Below are positions 44,341 to 52,545 of a DNA stretch of 64,000 bases, one piece after another (the stretch's first letter is position 1; every line of letters starts with the position of its first letter). The notes under the pieces are model-generated. The model was given only the letters and a program-made list of their open reading frames with translations, was not told the origin of the DNA and did not search any database. Origin of the DNA: Acidimicrobiales bacterium (GTDB lineage: Bacteria > Actinomycetota > Acidimicrobiia > Acidimicrobiales > VFJN01); contig DASQUK010000244.1 of assembly GCA_035641315.1 (NCBI GenBank), positions 45,303 to 109,302 of the forward strand, written 5' to 3'. Made by a program: the position numbers and the translations under genes.

Positions 44341-45014
44341 CGGAACACCGATCGCACACCGAGCCCGATGGCGACCCCGACCAGGGCACCGCCAAGGACG
44401 TCGAGGAACGGCGAGTCGGTCGAAGACCGACGCCATCACGGGGCGGCGGGTGGGGGTCGGGCTGGATGGACGCCGACGTGCATGCGTGCCCAGCCGACCA
44501 CCACCGCTGCCGCCCACGGCACCCAGCGCCAGCGGGCGGGGACCAGTGGCGCCGCCACCGTGGCCAGGGCGAACGCCACCGCCGTGTGGGTGGACGTGTA
44601 GCCGAAGCCGTCGCTGCCGTCCCGAAGCCGGACACCCATGGGCCGACTGCGCTCGGCGATGTCCTTGAGCTCGTTCGAGACCAGCCAGGCGGCGAGAGCG
44701 GCACCCGCTAGGGCGACCGCCGGGCGCCAGCGGCGGAGCACGGCTCCGGAGACGAGCGCGCTGGCCGCGGCCAACCGCAGCGTGCCCAGCTCCATCACCC
44801 CCCGGGCCGGGTAGCCGATGGCGTCGGGGAAGTCGGTGGCGGCGTCGACGACGTCGAGCTCCCAGGCGGGCGCGGTCGGGCCGGACACCGCCGCGGTCAG
44901 GACCACGAGCGCCAGCGCACACAGCCCGGCGGCCACGGCCAAGCGGGGCCGCCACTGCCACAGGGGTTCGGTCGAGTGCCGGGGTGCGGTCTCGTGTTCC
45001 TGCCGCGGTGCCAC
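44325..45014 (-). pseudogene. PAP2-family phosphatase interrupted by an in-frame TGA inside the third catalytic motif
   Basis: C1 KDIAERSRP and C2 TSTH are intact, and C3 starts ARMHVGVH. Then come 21 codons including TGA (44436-44438). The same frame continues DVLGGALVGVAIGLGV... to TGA 44325. Confidence 0.6.
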
Positions 45015-45029
45015 CGGCGGCGAAGCTAC

Positions 45030-45791
45030 CTAGCGGGGTCGGCGCGGCACGATCACCAGGTCGCCGCCGTCGTCGATCACCGACACGGTGGCACCGAACA
45101 CCCGGGCCACCAGCTCCGGGGTGAACACCTCGTGGGCCGTGCCGCGCGCCACCACCCGCCCCTTGTCGAGCATGACGAAGCCGTCGGCGTGCTGGGCGGC
45201 CAGGGTGAGGTCGTGCATCGCCGACACGACGGTCAGCCCCCGGCGATGGCGGAGGTCGTCCACCAGCGACAGCACCTCCTGCTGGTGGCCGATGTCCAGG
45301 GCGGTGGTCGGCTCGTCGAGCAGGAGCACGGGCGCCTCCTGGGCCAGGGCCCTCGCGATCACGGCGCGTTGGCGCTCGCCGCCCGACAGCGTCGCCACCT
45401 CGCGGTCGGCCAGGTCCGTGAGGTCGAGCAGGGCGAGCACCTCGGCGAGCACGACCAGGTCGTGGGTGCTCTCGCTGCCGAGGAAGGGGATGTGGGCGGT
45501 GCGCCCCAGCAGCACGTAGTCGCTGACCGAGGCGCCGCCGGGCATCGTGGGCTGCTGGGGAGCGACGGCCAGCATCCGCGCCCGCTGGCGCGGGCCCAGA
45601 CCCACCGTGCGTTGCTCGCCCAGCGTGATCGCGCCCCCGTGGGGCACGGTGCCAGCCAGAGCCCGCAGCAGCGTGGACTTGCCGGCACCGTTGGGTCCCA
45701 CGATCCCGAGCCACGATCCGGCGGCGACGTCGAGGTCGATAGGGTGCAGCACCGTCGCTCCGCCGAGCTCGACGGACACGCCAGAGAGCAC
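45030..45791 (-). CDS. ABC transporter ATP-binding protein (FecE/BtuD type)
   Basis: GPNGAGKSTLL, LSGGERQR and LLLDEPT motifs. The homologous N-terminus starts at GTG 45791 (VLSGVSVELGG), immediately after the repeat. The ORF stays open in frame back to ATG 45965. Confidence 0.9.
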   Translation of the reverse strand: MLSGVSVELGGATVLHPIDLDVAAGSWLGIVGPNGAGKSTLLRALAGTVPHGGAITLGEQRTVGLGPRQRARMLAVAPQQPTMPGGASVSDYVLLGRTAHIPFLGSESTHDLVVLAEVLALLDLTDLADREVATLSGGERQRAVIARALAQEAPVLLLDEPTTALDIGHQQEVLSLVDDLRHRRGLTVVSAMHDLTLAAQHADGFVMLDKGRVVARGTAHEVFTPELVARVFGATVSVIDDGGDLVIVPRRPR

Positions 45792-45965
45792 GACTCGGCC
45801 GGAGGCCGAGGCCGCTTCTTCGTTTCCGGCGGAGGGCGGGTAGCGAACGGGTGGCGCTGAGGATGCGGGGCCGCTTGAGGCGCTGTGCGCCGAAGGCGGT
45901 AGGCCCCGCACCGGAGGCGACAGGACCCGTGAGCGGCGGGGCGAGGACGGGCGAAGCCGGCTCAT
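45792..45965 (-). repeat. Operon-junction dispersed repeat, copy C (174 bp)
   Basis: Its reverse complement begins ATGAGCCGGCTTCGCCCGTCC, with the ATGA overlapping the permease stop. It ends ctcggcc-tcc-ggccgag-tc, directly abutting GTG 45791. Confidence 0.85.
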
Positions 45966-47068
45966 GTCCGCCTCCGGCCCAGAAGCACGAGGAAGAAGGG
46001 GGCGCCGACCAGCGCGGTGATGACGCCGATGGGCACCTCGGCGGGGCTGAGGGCCGTACGGGCCGCCAGGTCGGCGAGCACCATGAATGCCCCACCACCC
46101 AGCAGGGTGAGAGGCAGGATGACCCGGTAGCTGTGACCGGCGAGCAGCCGGATGGCGTGGGGCACGATGATTCCCACGAACCCGATGAGCCCGCTCACCG
46201 CCACGGCGGCGGCAGTCCCCAGCGAGGCGGCAACGACCACCACCAGGCGAGTGCGGTCGACGTCGAGCCCGAGCGTGGTGGCCTCCTCGTCCCCGACGGC
46301 CAGCACGTCGAGCGAGCGCCGGTGCAGCAGCACCCCCGCGGCGGCGAGCACCGTCCACGGCAGGATCAGCCGGACCTCGGCCCATCCGGACGTCGACAAC
46401 CCCCCGAGGATCCAGGCGTACACGTCGCGCAGGGTGTCGTCGGCGCGCTGCTGGAAATAGGTCTGCACCGCGGTGAACAGGTTCGCCATGGCGACGCCGG
46501 CCAGGATCAGCGAGGTGGTGGTGCCGGCGAGGCCCCGCCCCGCGGCCCGGCCCACGAGGTAGGTGAGACCCACGGCCACCAGGGCCCCGACGAACGCCGC
46601 CGCCGGCAACAGGTCGAACGGCCCCCAGCCTCCCTCGGCACCGAGCGAGAGCACGAGCGTGGCGCCCAGCCCCGCCCCCGCGGCGGCCCCCAACAGCCAG
46701 GGGTCGGCCAGCGGGTTGCGGAACACGCCCTGGTAGGCGCCCCCGGCCAGGCTGAGGGTGGCGCCCACCAGCAGGGCCAGCACCACACGCGGCAGGCGCA
46801 GCTCCCAGAGGATGGCCGACTGGCGGGCGTCGAGGCCCGAATCGATGCTGACCAGCGGCAGCCGGTCGAGCATCTCCAGCACGACCCGGCCTGCCGGCAT
46901 CCCCGCCGGGCCGATGGCCACGCCGGTGGCGAAGGCCACGGCCAGCAGGGCCAGGCACCCGAGCCATGTGAGGCGCACCCGGGCGGGCGCCCGGCGCCGG
47001 CCCGGCGGGGCGCCGGTGGACCGGACGCCCGGCGGGCGTGCGGCCCGGGGGACTTCGGTGGTGGCCAT
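45962..47068 (-). CDS. FecCD-family ABC transporter permease (BtuC-like)
   Basis: Multi-TM protein with ILWELRLPRVVLALLVGATLSLAGGAYQGVFRNPLADP, the FecCD signature. Start set at ATG 47068, 20 nt after the binding-protein stop. Confidence 0.9.
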   Translation of the reverse strand: MATTEVPRAARPPGVRSTGAPPGRRRAPARVRLTWLGCLALLAVAFATGVAIGPAGMPAGRVVLEMLDRLPLVSIDSGLDARQSAILWELRLPRVVLALLVGATLSLAGGAYQGVFRNPLADPWLLGAAAGAGLGATLVLSLGAEGGWGPFDLLPAAAFVGALVAVGLTYLVGRAAGRGLAGTTTSLILAGVAMANLFTAVQTYFQQRADDTLRDVYAWILGGLSTSGWAEVRLILPWTVLAAAGVLLHRRSLDVLAVGDEEATTLGLDVDRTRLVVVVAASLGTAAAVAVSGLIGFVGIIVPHAIRLLAGHSYRVILPLTLLGGGAFMVLADLAARTALSPAEVPIGVITALVGAPFFLVLLGRRRT

Positions 47069-47088
47069 GAGCCGGGGCGCCGTCGGAC

Positions 47089-48048
47089 TTAGCCGGCGTC
47101 CGTGACGGCCTTGACGACGGTGCGCAGGAACTCGACGATGCGCGGCCCCCACCGCGACGTGATGTCGGGGTCGAGCTCGACGATGTCGCCGTTGCGGACG
47201 GCGGTGATCTGATCCCACCCGGGGCGGGCGGTGACGTCGGTGGCCTCGATGCCGGCGGCCTCGTCGGCGAGGAAGATCAGGTCGGGGTCGGCGTCGATCA
47301 GCAGCTCGGCCGACACCTGCGGGTAACCGCTGCCGTCGTCGGCAGCGTCAGCCACGTTCTCCAGCCCCGCCAGGCCGTAGATCTGGCCGATGAACGTCTG
47401 CGACGTGGCGGTGTGCAGCTGGTCGTCGAGCTCGTGGTAGTAGGTCAGCGGCTCGTCGCGCTCCGGCACCTGGTCCACCAGGTCCTCGATGTCGGCCTGC
47501 ATCTCGTCGACCAGCTCGCCGGCTTCGTCGGTGTGGCCGGTGGCGGTGCCCAGGTCGGTGATCTGGTCGTAGGCCTCGTCGACCGTCGTTCCCGCTGGCA
47601 GCTCGAGCACCGGGATCTCCAGCCGCTCGAGCCCGGCGACAACGTCGTTGGCGTCGAACGACAGCACCACGAGGTCGGGGTCGTAGGTAGTGACCGCCTC
47701 GACGTTGGGCTCGAAGCCCGACAGGTCGGTCATGGGCGTGCCCTCGGGGTAGTTGGAGAAGTCGTCGACGGCGACGACCTGCTCGCCGGCGCCGATGGCG
47801 TAGATCGTCTCGGTGGCCGTGGGCGACAGCGACACGATGCGCTCGGGCTGGGCGTCGATCGTGACCGTGCCGTTGGCCGCCTCCACCTCGGCCGGGAAGG
47901 CATCCTCGGCCGCCTCGGCGAAGGTCTCGGCGTCGGCGTCGGCCCCGGACTGGGAGATCGATCCGTCGTCGTCCCCGCAGGCGGCGGCGAGTGCGAGCGT
48001 GGCGGCGACGGCCAACGAGAGGGCAGAAGTGCTGGCGATGGGTTTCAC
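47089..48048 (-). CDS. Periplasmic-binding-protein-type (BtuF/FepB-like) substrate-binding lipoprotein
   Basis: Lipobox LALAAACGDD. RIVSLSPTATETIYAIGAGEQVVAVDD...YDPDLVVLS is typical of the PBP type-2 (PF01497-like) family. GTG start preceded by AGGAGG. Confidence 0.85.
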   Translation of the reverse strand: MKPIASTSALSLAVAATLALAAACGDDDGSISQSGADADAETFAEAAEDAFPAEVEAANGTVTIDAQPERIVSLSPTATETIYAIGAGEQVVAVDDFSNYPEGTPMTDLSGFEPNVEAVTTYDPDLVVLSFDANDVVAGLERLEIPVLELPAGTTVDEAYDQITDLGTATGHTDEAGELVDEMQADIEDLVDQVPERDEPLTYYHELDDQLHTATSQTFIGQIYGLAGLENVADAADDGSGYPQVSAELLIDADPDLIFLADEAAGIEATDVTARPGWDQITAVRNGDIVELDPDITSRWGPRIVEFLRTVVKAVTDAG

Positions 48049-48060
48049 GGTGGTCCTCCT

Positions 48061-48278
48061 GTCGGCTCGAGGGAATGGCCTGTTCGCCGACCGGGCACCG
48101 TGCCCCGTCGCACGAAGAGCCCTTGACCCCGAGGGTTTCGTGCGCCCGCGGGCCAGGCGACCTGGCTCGTCCTCGTTCGAGGCATCACAGTTGCGGGACA
48201 GCGCCGGGATGGACCGGACTTCGCTGGCTCGCGGGCTCGGCGGAACCGTACTGCTTTTCCGCGCTGGCTCGTACCCTG
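48061..48278 (-). promoter_or_regulatory. Cobalamin (B12) riboswitch and leader of the btuFCD-like operon
   Basis: The minus strand reads ...GCGAAGTCCGGTCCATCCCGGCGCTGTCCCGCAACTGTGATGCC..., matching the conserved GGTG-AA-CC / CCCGCAACTGT core. It is followed by the B12 box GAGCCAGGTCGCCTGGCC (plus-strand 48151-48168). The downstream segment ttccctcgag can pair with the AGGAGG RBS. Confidence 0.75.
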
Positions 48279-48287
48279 ATCCTTCGC

Positions 48288-49874
48288 ATGTCCGAATCCC
48301 CCGCCGACAGCGCGGCGCGCCGCCGCACGTTCGCCATCATCAGCCACCCCGACGCGGGCAAGACCACCCTCACCGAGAAGTTCCTGCTCTACGGCGGGGC
48401 GGTGCAGGAGGCCGGCCAGGTCAAGGCCCGGGGTGAGCGGCGCCGCGCCCGGTCCGACTGGATGGAGCTCGAGCAGAAGCGGGGCATCTCCATCACGTCG
48501 GCAGTGCTGCAATTCCCCTACGGCGGCGACGTGCTCAACCTGCTCGACACGCCGGGCCACCGCGACTTCTCCGAGGACACCTACCGGGTGCTCGCCGCCG
48601 TCGACGCTGCCGTCATGGTGCTCGACGCCGCCAAGGGCATCGAGGCGCAGACGCTCAAGCTGTTCGAGGTGTGCCGCGCCCGCAACGTGCCGCTGATCAC
48701 CTTCCTCAACAAGTGGGACCGGCCCGGCCGCGACGGGCTCGAGCTCCTCGACGAGATCGAGTCCCGCCTCGACCTCCAACCGGTGCCCGTGACGTGGCCC
48801 GTGGGCATCGCCGGCGACTTCCGGGGACTGATCGACCGGCGGACCGGATGCTTCCTCCGCTACGGGCGCACGGCCCACGGTGCCGCCGAGGCCAGCGAGG
48901 AGGTCGTCGATCCGTCGCGGGCCGCCGCCGAGGAAGGCGACGCCTGGCGGACGGCGACCGACGAGGTGGCGCTGCTGGAGGAGGTCGGCGCAGAGGTCGA
49001 CCCCTACCTGTTCCTGGCGGGCGAGCAGACGCCGGTGTTCGTCGGCTCGGCCCTCACCAACTTCGGCGTCCGGCTGCTGCTCGACGGGATCGTCGAGCTG
49101 GCACCGCCGCCGACGCCGCGGCTCGACGTCGACGGCGCCGCCCGCAAGCTCGACGACCCGTTCTCGGCGTTCGTGTTCAAGGTGCAGGCCAACATGGACC
49201 CGTCGCACCGCGACCGTGTCGCCTTCGTGCGGGTCTGCTCGGGCCGGTTCGAGCGGGGCATGGTCGTGACCCACGAACCGACGGGCCGCCCGTTCGCCAC
49301 CAAGTACGCCCACTCGGTGTTCGGCCAGGAGCGCGACACCGTCGAAGAGGCGTTCCCGGGCGACATCGTGGCGCTGGTCAACGCGGCCGACGTGCGGGTC
49401 GGCGACACGCTCTACGTCGACGCGCCGGTCGAGTTCCCCCGGCTGCCGGCGTTCGCCCCCGAGCACTTCGTGACCGTCCGGCCGCGGGACACCGGCCGGT
49501 TCAAGCAGTTCCGCAAGGGCATCGCCCAGCTCGACGAGGAGGGCGTGGTGCAGGTGCTGCGCGACCGCGAGCTCGGGGATCAGGCGCCGGTGCTGGCGGC
49601 GGTGGGGCCGATGCAGCTGGAGGTCGCCAACTGGCGCCTGGAGCATGAGTTCGGCGCCGCCACCTACATGTCGCCCACGGCGTACACGATCGCCCGCCGC
49701 ACCGACGAGGCCTCGGAGCCGGCGCTACGGGGCATGCCAGGTGTGCGCGTGCTGCTCCGGCCCGACGGCACGCGTTACGCGCTGTTCGAGAGCCCGTACT
49801 GGCTCGCGCGGGTCGAGTCGGAGAAGCCGGAGCTGGTGCTGGAGCGGTTGGTGGCGGAGGGCACAGCGGGTTGA
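48288..49874 (+). CDS. prfC: Peptide chain release factor 3
   Basis: MSESPADSAARRRTFAIISHPDAGKTTLTEKFLLYGGA, DTPGHRDF and NKWD GTPase motifs. Start at ATG 48288; the upstream part of ORF 47991.. is antisense to the riboswitch. Confidence 0.95.
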   Translation: MSESPADSAARRRTFAIISHPDAGKTTLTEKFLLYGGAVQEAGQVKARGERRRARSDWMELEQKRGISITSAVLQFPYGGDVLNLLDTPGHRDFSEDTYRVLAAVDAAVMVLDAAKGIEAQTLKLFEVCRARNVPLITFLNKWDRPGRDGLELLDEIESRLDLQPVPVTWPVGIAGDFRGLIDRRTGCFLRYGRTAHGAAEASEEVVDPSRAAAEEGDAWRTATDEVALLEEVGAEVDPYLFLAGEQTPVFVGSALTNFGVRLLLDGIVELAPPPTPRLDVDGAARKLDDPFSAFVFKVQANMDPSHRDRVAFVRVCSGRFERGMVVTHEPTGRPFATKYAHSVFGQERDTVEEAFPGDIVALVNAADVRVGDTLYVDAPVEFPRLPAFAPEHFVTVRPRDTGRFKQFRKGIAQLDEEGVVQVLRDRELGDQAPVLAAVGPMQLEVANWRLEHEFGAATYMSPTAYTIARRTDEASEPALRGMPGVRVLLRPDGTRYALFESPYWLARVESEKPELVLERLVAEGTAG

Positions 49875-49885
49875 CGAGACGGTTT

Positions 49886-49924
49886 TGCCCGCGCTCCTCG
49901 CTACATGCGTGGTGAGCGCGGGCA
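49886..49924. terminator. 11-bp perfect stem-loop (tgcccgcgctc / gagcgcgggca) between convergent prfC and hydrolase genes
   Basis: Read directly. Preceded by ggtttt on the plus strand. Confidence 0.55.
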
Positions 49925-49931
49925 GGAACGC

Positions 49932-51425
49932 TCAACAGGTCGTGCCGTCCGCCGGCGGTTCCAGGTCCACCAGGTACCGGGTGACGGCGTCGTCCACGCA
50001 CGACACGCCGTTGCCCACCACGGTGTGGCCCTCGCCTTCGTAGGTGAGCAGCACGCCGGACTCGAGGCGGTCGGCCGTGCGCACGCCGGCCTCGTACGGC
50101 GTCGCCGGGTCGCCGGTCGTCGACACCACGAGGATGGGCGGCGCGTCGGGGGCGGTCACCGCCGGGAGCGGCTCTTCCTCGACCGGCCACATGGTGCAGC
50201 GCACGTAGTCGTTGACGATGGGCTCGCCGAAGTGAGGCGCGGCGCCGGCTGCCGCCACGCCGGCCGCCAGCAGCTCGTCGGGCGCCTCGGGCCACTCGAA
50301 GTCGAGGCAGTTCACGACGAAGTAGATGTCGAAGTCGGCGATCCCGATGTACTCGTCCGCGAGCGAGACCATCCCAGAGCCGTCGCCGTCGAGCGCCGAG
50401 GCGATCGCATCTGCGAGCTCCGGCCAGAGCGACTGGCTGTACAGGGGCATGGCCAGCCCGGTCGACAGCTCGCCGGGGCCGAGGTCGCGGGGCGTGGCGG
50501 GGATCGGCTCCTGCTCGACGCGGGCCGTCAGCTCGTCGAGGGTGGCCCTGGCATCGGGCGCGATCGGGCAGGAGGGATCGCCGTCGCAGTCCTCGGCGAA
50601 GGCGGCGAACGCACCCTCGAAGCCCCGGGACTGCTCGGTGGCCAGCTCGATGCCGGTGGGGCCGAGCTCGAGCACGCCGTCGATCACCATGGCCCGGACC
50701 CTGTCGGGGAACAGCTCGGCCAGCATCTGGCCGATGGCGGTGCCGTAGCTGAAGCCGAGGTAGTTGAGCTGCTCGTCGCCCATGGCGGCCCGCACGGCAT
50801 CGATGTCGCGGGCGACGTCAGCGGTGCCGAGGTGGGCAAGCAGGTCGCCGGCCGCCTGTTCGCAGCCGGCGATGTAGGCCGAGCTGACGTCGAGGAGGGT
50901 CGCCTCGTCCTCGGGGGAATCGATGGAGTAATCGACGCCGTACAGCTCGGTGAAGTCGCCGCCGCAGTCGATGTCGCTGGCGCCGAGCCCGCGCGGGTCG
51001 ACGCCGACGATGTCGAAGTGCTCGGTGATGTCGTCGGGCAACGCGGGGGCGATGGCGGCGGCGAACTCGGTGGCGAGTGCGCCGGGTCCTCCGGGGTTCA
51101 CGAACAGGGCGCCGATGCGGTCGCCGTCGGCCGGCACCCGGGCGACGCTGAGCGTCAGGGTCTCGCCCTCGGGCCGCTCGTAGTCGACGGGCACGTCGAG
51201 GGAGGCGCATTCGGCGCCGCCGGCGCAGCTCGACCAGTCCAGCGTGCCGGTGCCGTCGCCTCCGCTGTCGGTGTCGTCGGTCGTGTCCGAGGTGTCGGTG
51301 TCTCCGCTGGTGCCGCCGGCGTCATCGCCTGCGCTGGCCTCCAGCGGGTTCCGATCGGCCTCGGTGGCGCAGGCGGTGGCGACCAGGGCCAGGCATGTGG
51401 CGAGGGCGAGGGCGATTCGGCGCAC
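49932..51425 (-). CDS. Secreted alpha/beta hydrolase lipoprotein (tripeptidyl-aminopeptidase / S33-like)
   Basis: Lipobox LVATACA. FVNPGGPGA oxyanion region and the GFSYGT nucleophile elbow. C-terminal TAP-like segment with conserved Cys. Confidence 0.8.
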   Translation of the reverse strand: MRRIALALATCLALVATACATEADRNPLEASAGDDAGGTSGDTDTSDTTDDTDSGGDGTGTLDWSSCAGGAECASLDVPVDYERPEGETLTLSVARVPADGDRIGALFVNPGGPGALATEFAAAIAPALPDDITEHFDIVGVDPRGLGASDIDCGGDFTELYGVDYSIDSPEDEATLLDVSSAYIAGCEQAAGDLLAHLGTADVARDIDAVRAAMGDEQLNYLGFSYGTAIGQMLAELFPDRVRAMVIDGVLELGPTGIELATEQSRGFEGAFAAFAEDCDGDPSCPIAPDARATLDELTARVEQEPIPATPRDLGPGELSTGLAMPLYSQSLWPELADAIASALDGDGSGMVSLADEYIGIADFDIYFVVNCLDFEWPEAPDELLAAGVAAAGAAPHFGEPIVNDYVRCTMWPVEEEPLPAVTAPDAPPILVVSTTGDPATPYEAGVRTADRLESGVLLTYEGEGHTVVGNGVSCVDDAVTRYLVDLEPPADGTTC

Positions 51426-51477
51426 CGACCGACCGTATCCGGATGGCGTGCGGGTCGTCGCGCGGGCCTCCCTCCGT

Positions 51478-52338
51478 TCACCCGGAGCGGCGGTCGCGGG
51501 TCAGCAGGAACCACTCGCGGGGCGGGACGCCGGACTCGTGGATCTCGGCGGCGATGTCGCGCCCGACGTAGCGCAGGTGCCACGGCTCGAACTCGTAGCA
51601 GCTGCGGTCGCGGGCGTTGGCCGGGTAGCTCAGCACGAACCCGTACTCGTGGGCATGGGCGGCGATCCACTGGCCGGCCGGGGTGTCGGCGAAGGCGGCC
51701 GTGAGGGCGCCGGACCCGCTGTCGAGTACGTCGATCGCGGTCCCGAGCTGATGCTCGCTGTGGCCGGGCCGGGCGACGGTGGTGGCGGCTTGGGCCTCTC
51801 CCACCCGCGCCACCTCGTCCTCGTAGAGGCCTTGCTGGTAGGTGTAGCTGCGGTAGGCGGAGATGATCACGATGGGAGTGCCGTTGGCTTCCGCCGCTTG
51901 GCGGAGGGCGGTCAGATCCGGGATGACGAACGGGCGCACCCGATCCAGCTGGGCGAAGCCGGCGGCGGTCACCTCCACGAGGTCCGGCGGCGCAAACTCG
52001 GCCGGCAGGCTGCGGTTGGTGTCGACGACGATCGTCGCCCAGTCGGCCTGCGGATCCCCCTCGACCGGCTCGTCGCGGTGCTCGCACTCCGGGATCGTCG
52101 TGGTGGTCGTCGGCGCAGTGATGGTCGGCCCGGTGGTGGTCGTGTTCGCCAACAGCTCGGGCCGACCGCCGGCGGTCAGTGATGAGCTCTCCGAGACCTG
52201 GGTCGAGTCCCACGTGACCCAGAGCCCGATGGCGGCGGAGACCGTGACGACGGTGAGGGCCACTGCGACGATCCATCCCCTCACACGGGCGAACCTAGGT
52301 CGCCGGTCTGGAGCGCGTGCATTGCTTCGGCGGCTCAT
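51478..52338 (-). CDS. M15-family D-alanyl-D-alanine carboxypeptidase (VanY-like), membrane anchored
   Basis: N-terminal anchor WIVAVALTVVTVSAAIGLWV. SAYRSYTYQQ, PGHSEHQLGTAIDV and EPWHLRYVG motifs. Confidence 0.8.
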   Translation of the reverse strand: MSRRSNARAPDRRPRFARVRGWIVAVALTVVTVSAAIGLWVTWDSTQVSESSSLTAGGRPELLANTTTTGPTITAPTTTTTIPECEHRDEPVEGDPQADWATIVVDTNRSLPAEFAPPDLVEVTAAGFAQLDRVRPFVIPDLTALRQAAEANGTPIVIISAYRSYTYQQGLYEDEVARVGEAQAATTVARPGHSEHQLGTAIDVLDSGSGALTAAFADTPAGQWIAAHAHEYGFVLSYPANARDRSCYEFEPWHLRYVGRDIAAEIHESGVPPREWFLLTRDRRSG

Positions 52339-52422
52339 GAGCGATCTTTCACCGGCATGTCACCGCTTCGGCCCGCCCAGGCTGGCCGGTATCCTGTCCT
52401 TCCCAGGCCATGGTCCTGGTCC

Positions 52423-52496
52423 GGGGACGTAGCTCAGTTGGCTAGAGCACCTGCTTTGCAAGCAGGGGGTCGTGGGTTCGAGTCCCATCGTCTCCA
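52423..52496 (+). tRNA. tRNA-Ala (anticodon UGC)
   Basis: Manual fold: acceptor GGGGACG/CGTCTCC with the G3:U70 identity pair, anticodon loop CTTTGCAAG, T-arm GTGGG-TTCGAGT-CCCAT. 74 nt. Confidence 0.95.
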
Positions 52497-52545
52497 CGAC
52501 TTGCGACTTGACAGGGACTTTCTTGGCCCAGCAGGAGCGAGTGCG

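Noticed and set aside
44436-44438. TGA in the PAP2 gene as a selenocysteine or programmed recoding site
   Set aside because: The position lies in a non-conserved inserted loop, not at a catalytic Cys/Sec position. No SECIS-like hairpin was evident immediately downstream, and PAP2 enzymes are not known selenoproteins. A nonsense mutation or sequencing error is more likely.
43543-46098. 851-aa minus-strand ORF spanning the MerR gene antisense, the PAP2 gene, the ABC ATPase and the repeat
   Set aside because: It runs through several independently supported genes in other frames. Its only recognisable stretch is the repeat element read in an alternative frame.
47066-47080. Plus-strand string ATGAGCCGGGGCGCC near the permease start as a fourth copy of the junction repeat
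   Set aside because: Only the first 9 nt match the element's 5' end. It is on the opposite strand relative to the operon, and none of the remaining modules follow.
47991-48287. N-terminal 99-codon extension of prfC
   Set aside because: RF3 homology and the G1 motif start right after ATG 48288. The extension is the antisense strand of the cobalamin riboswitch.
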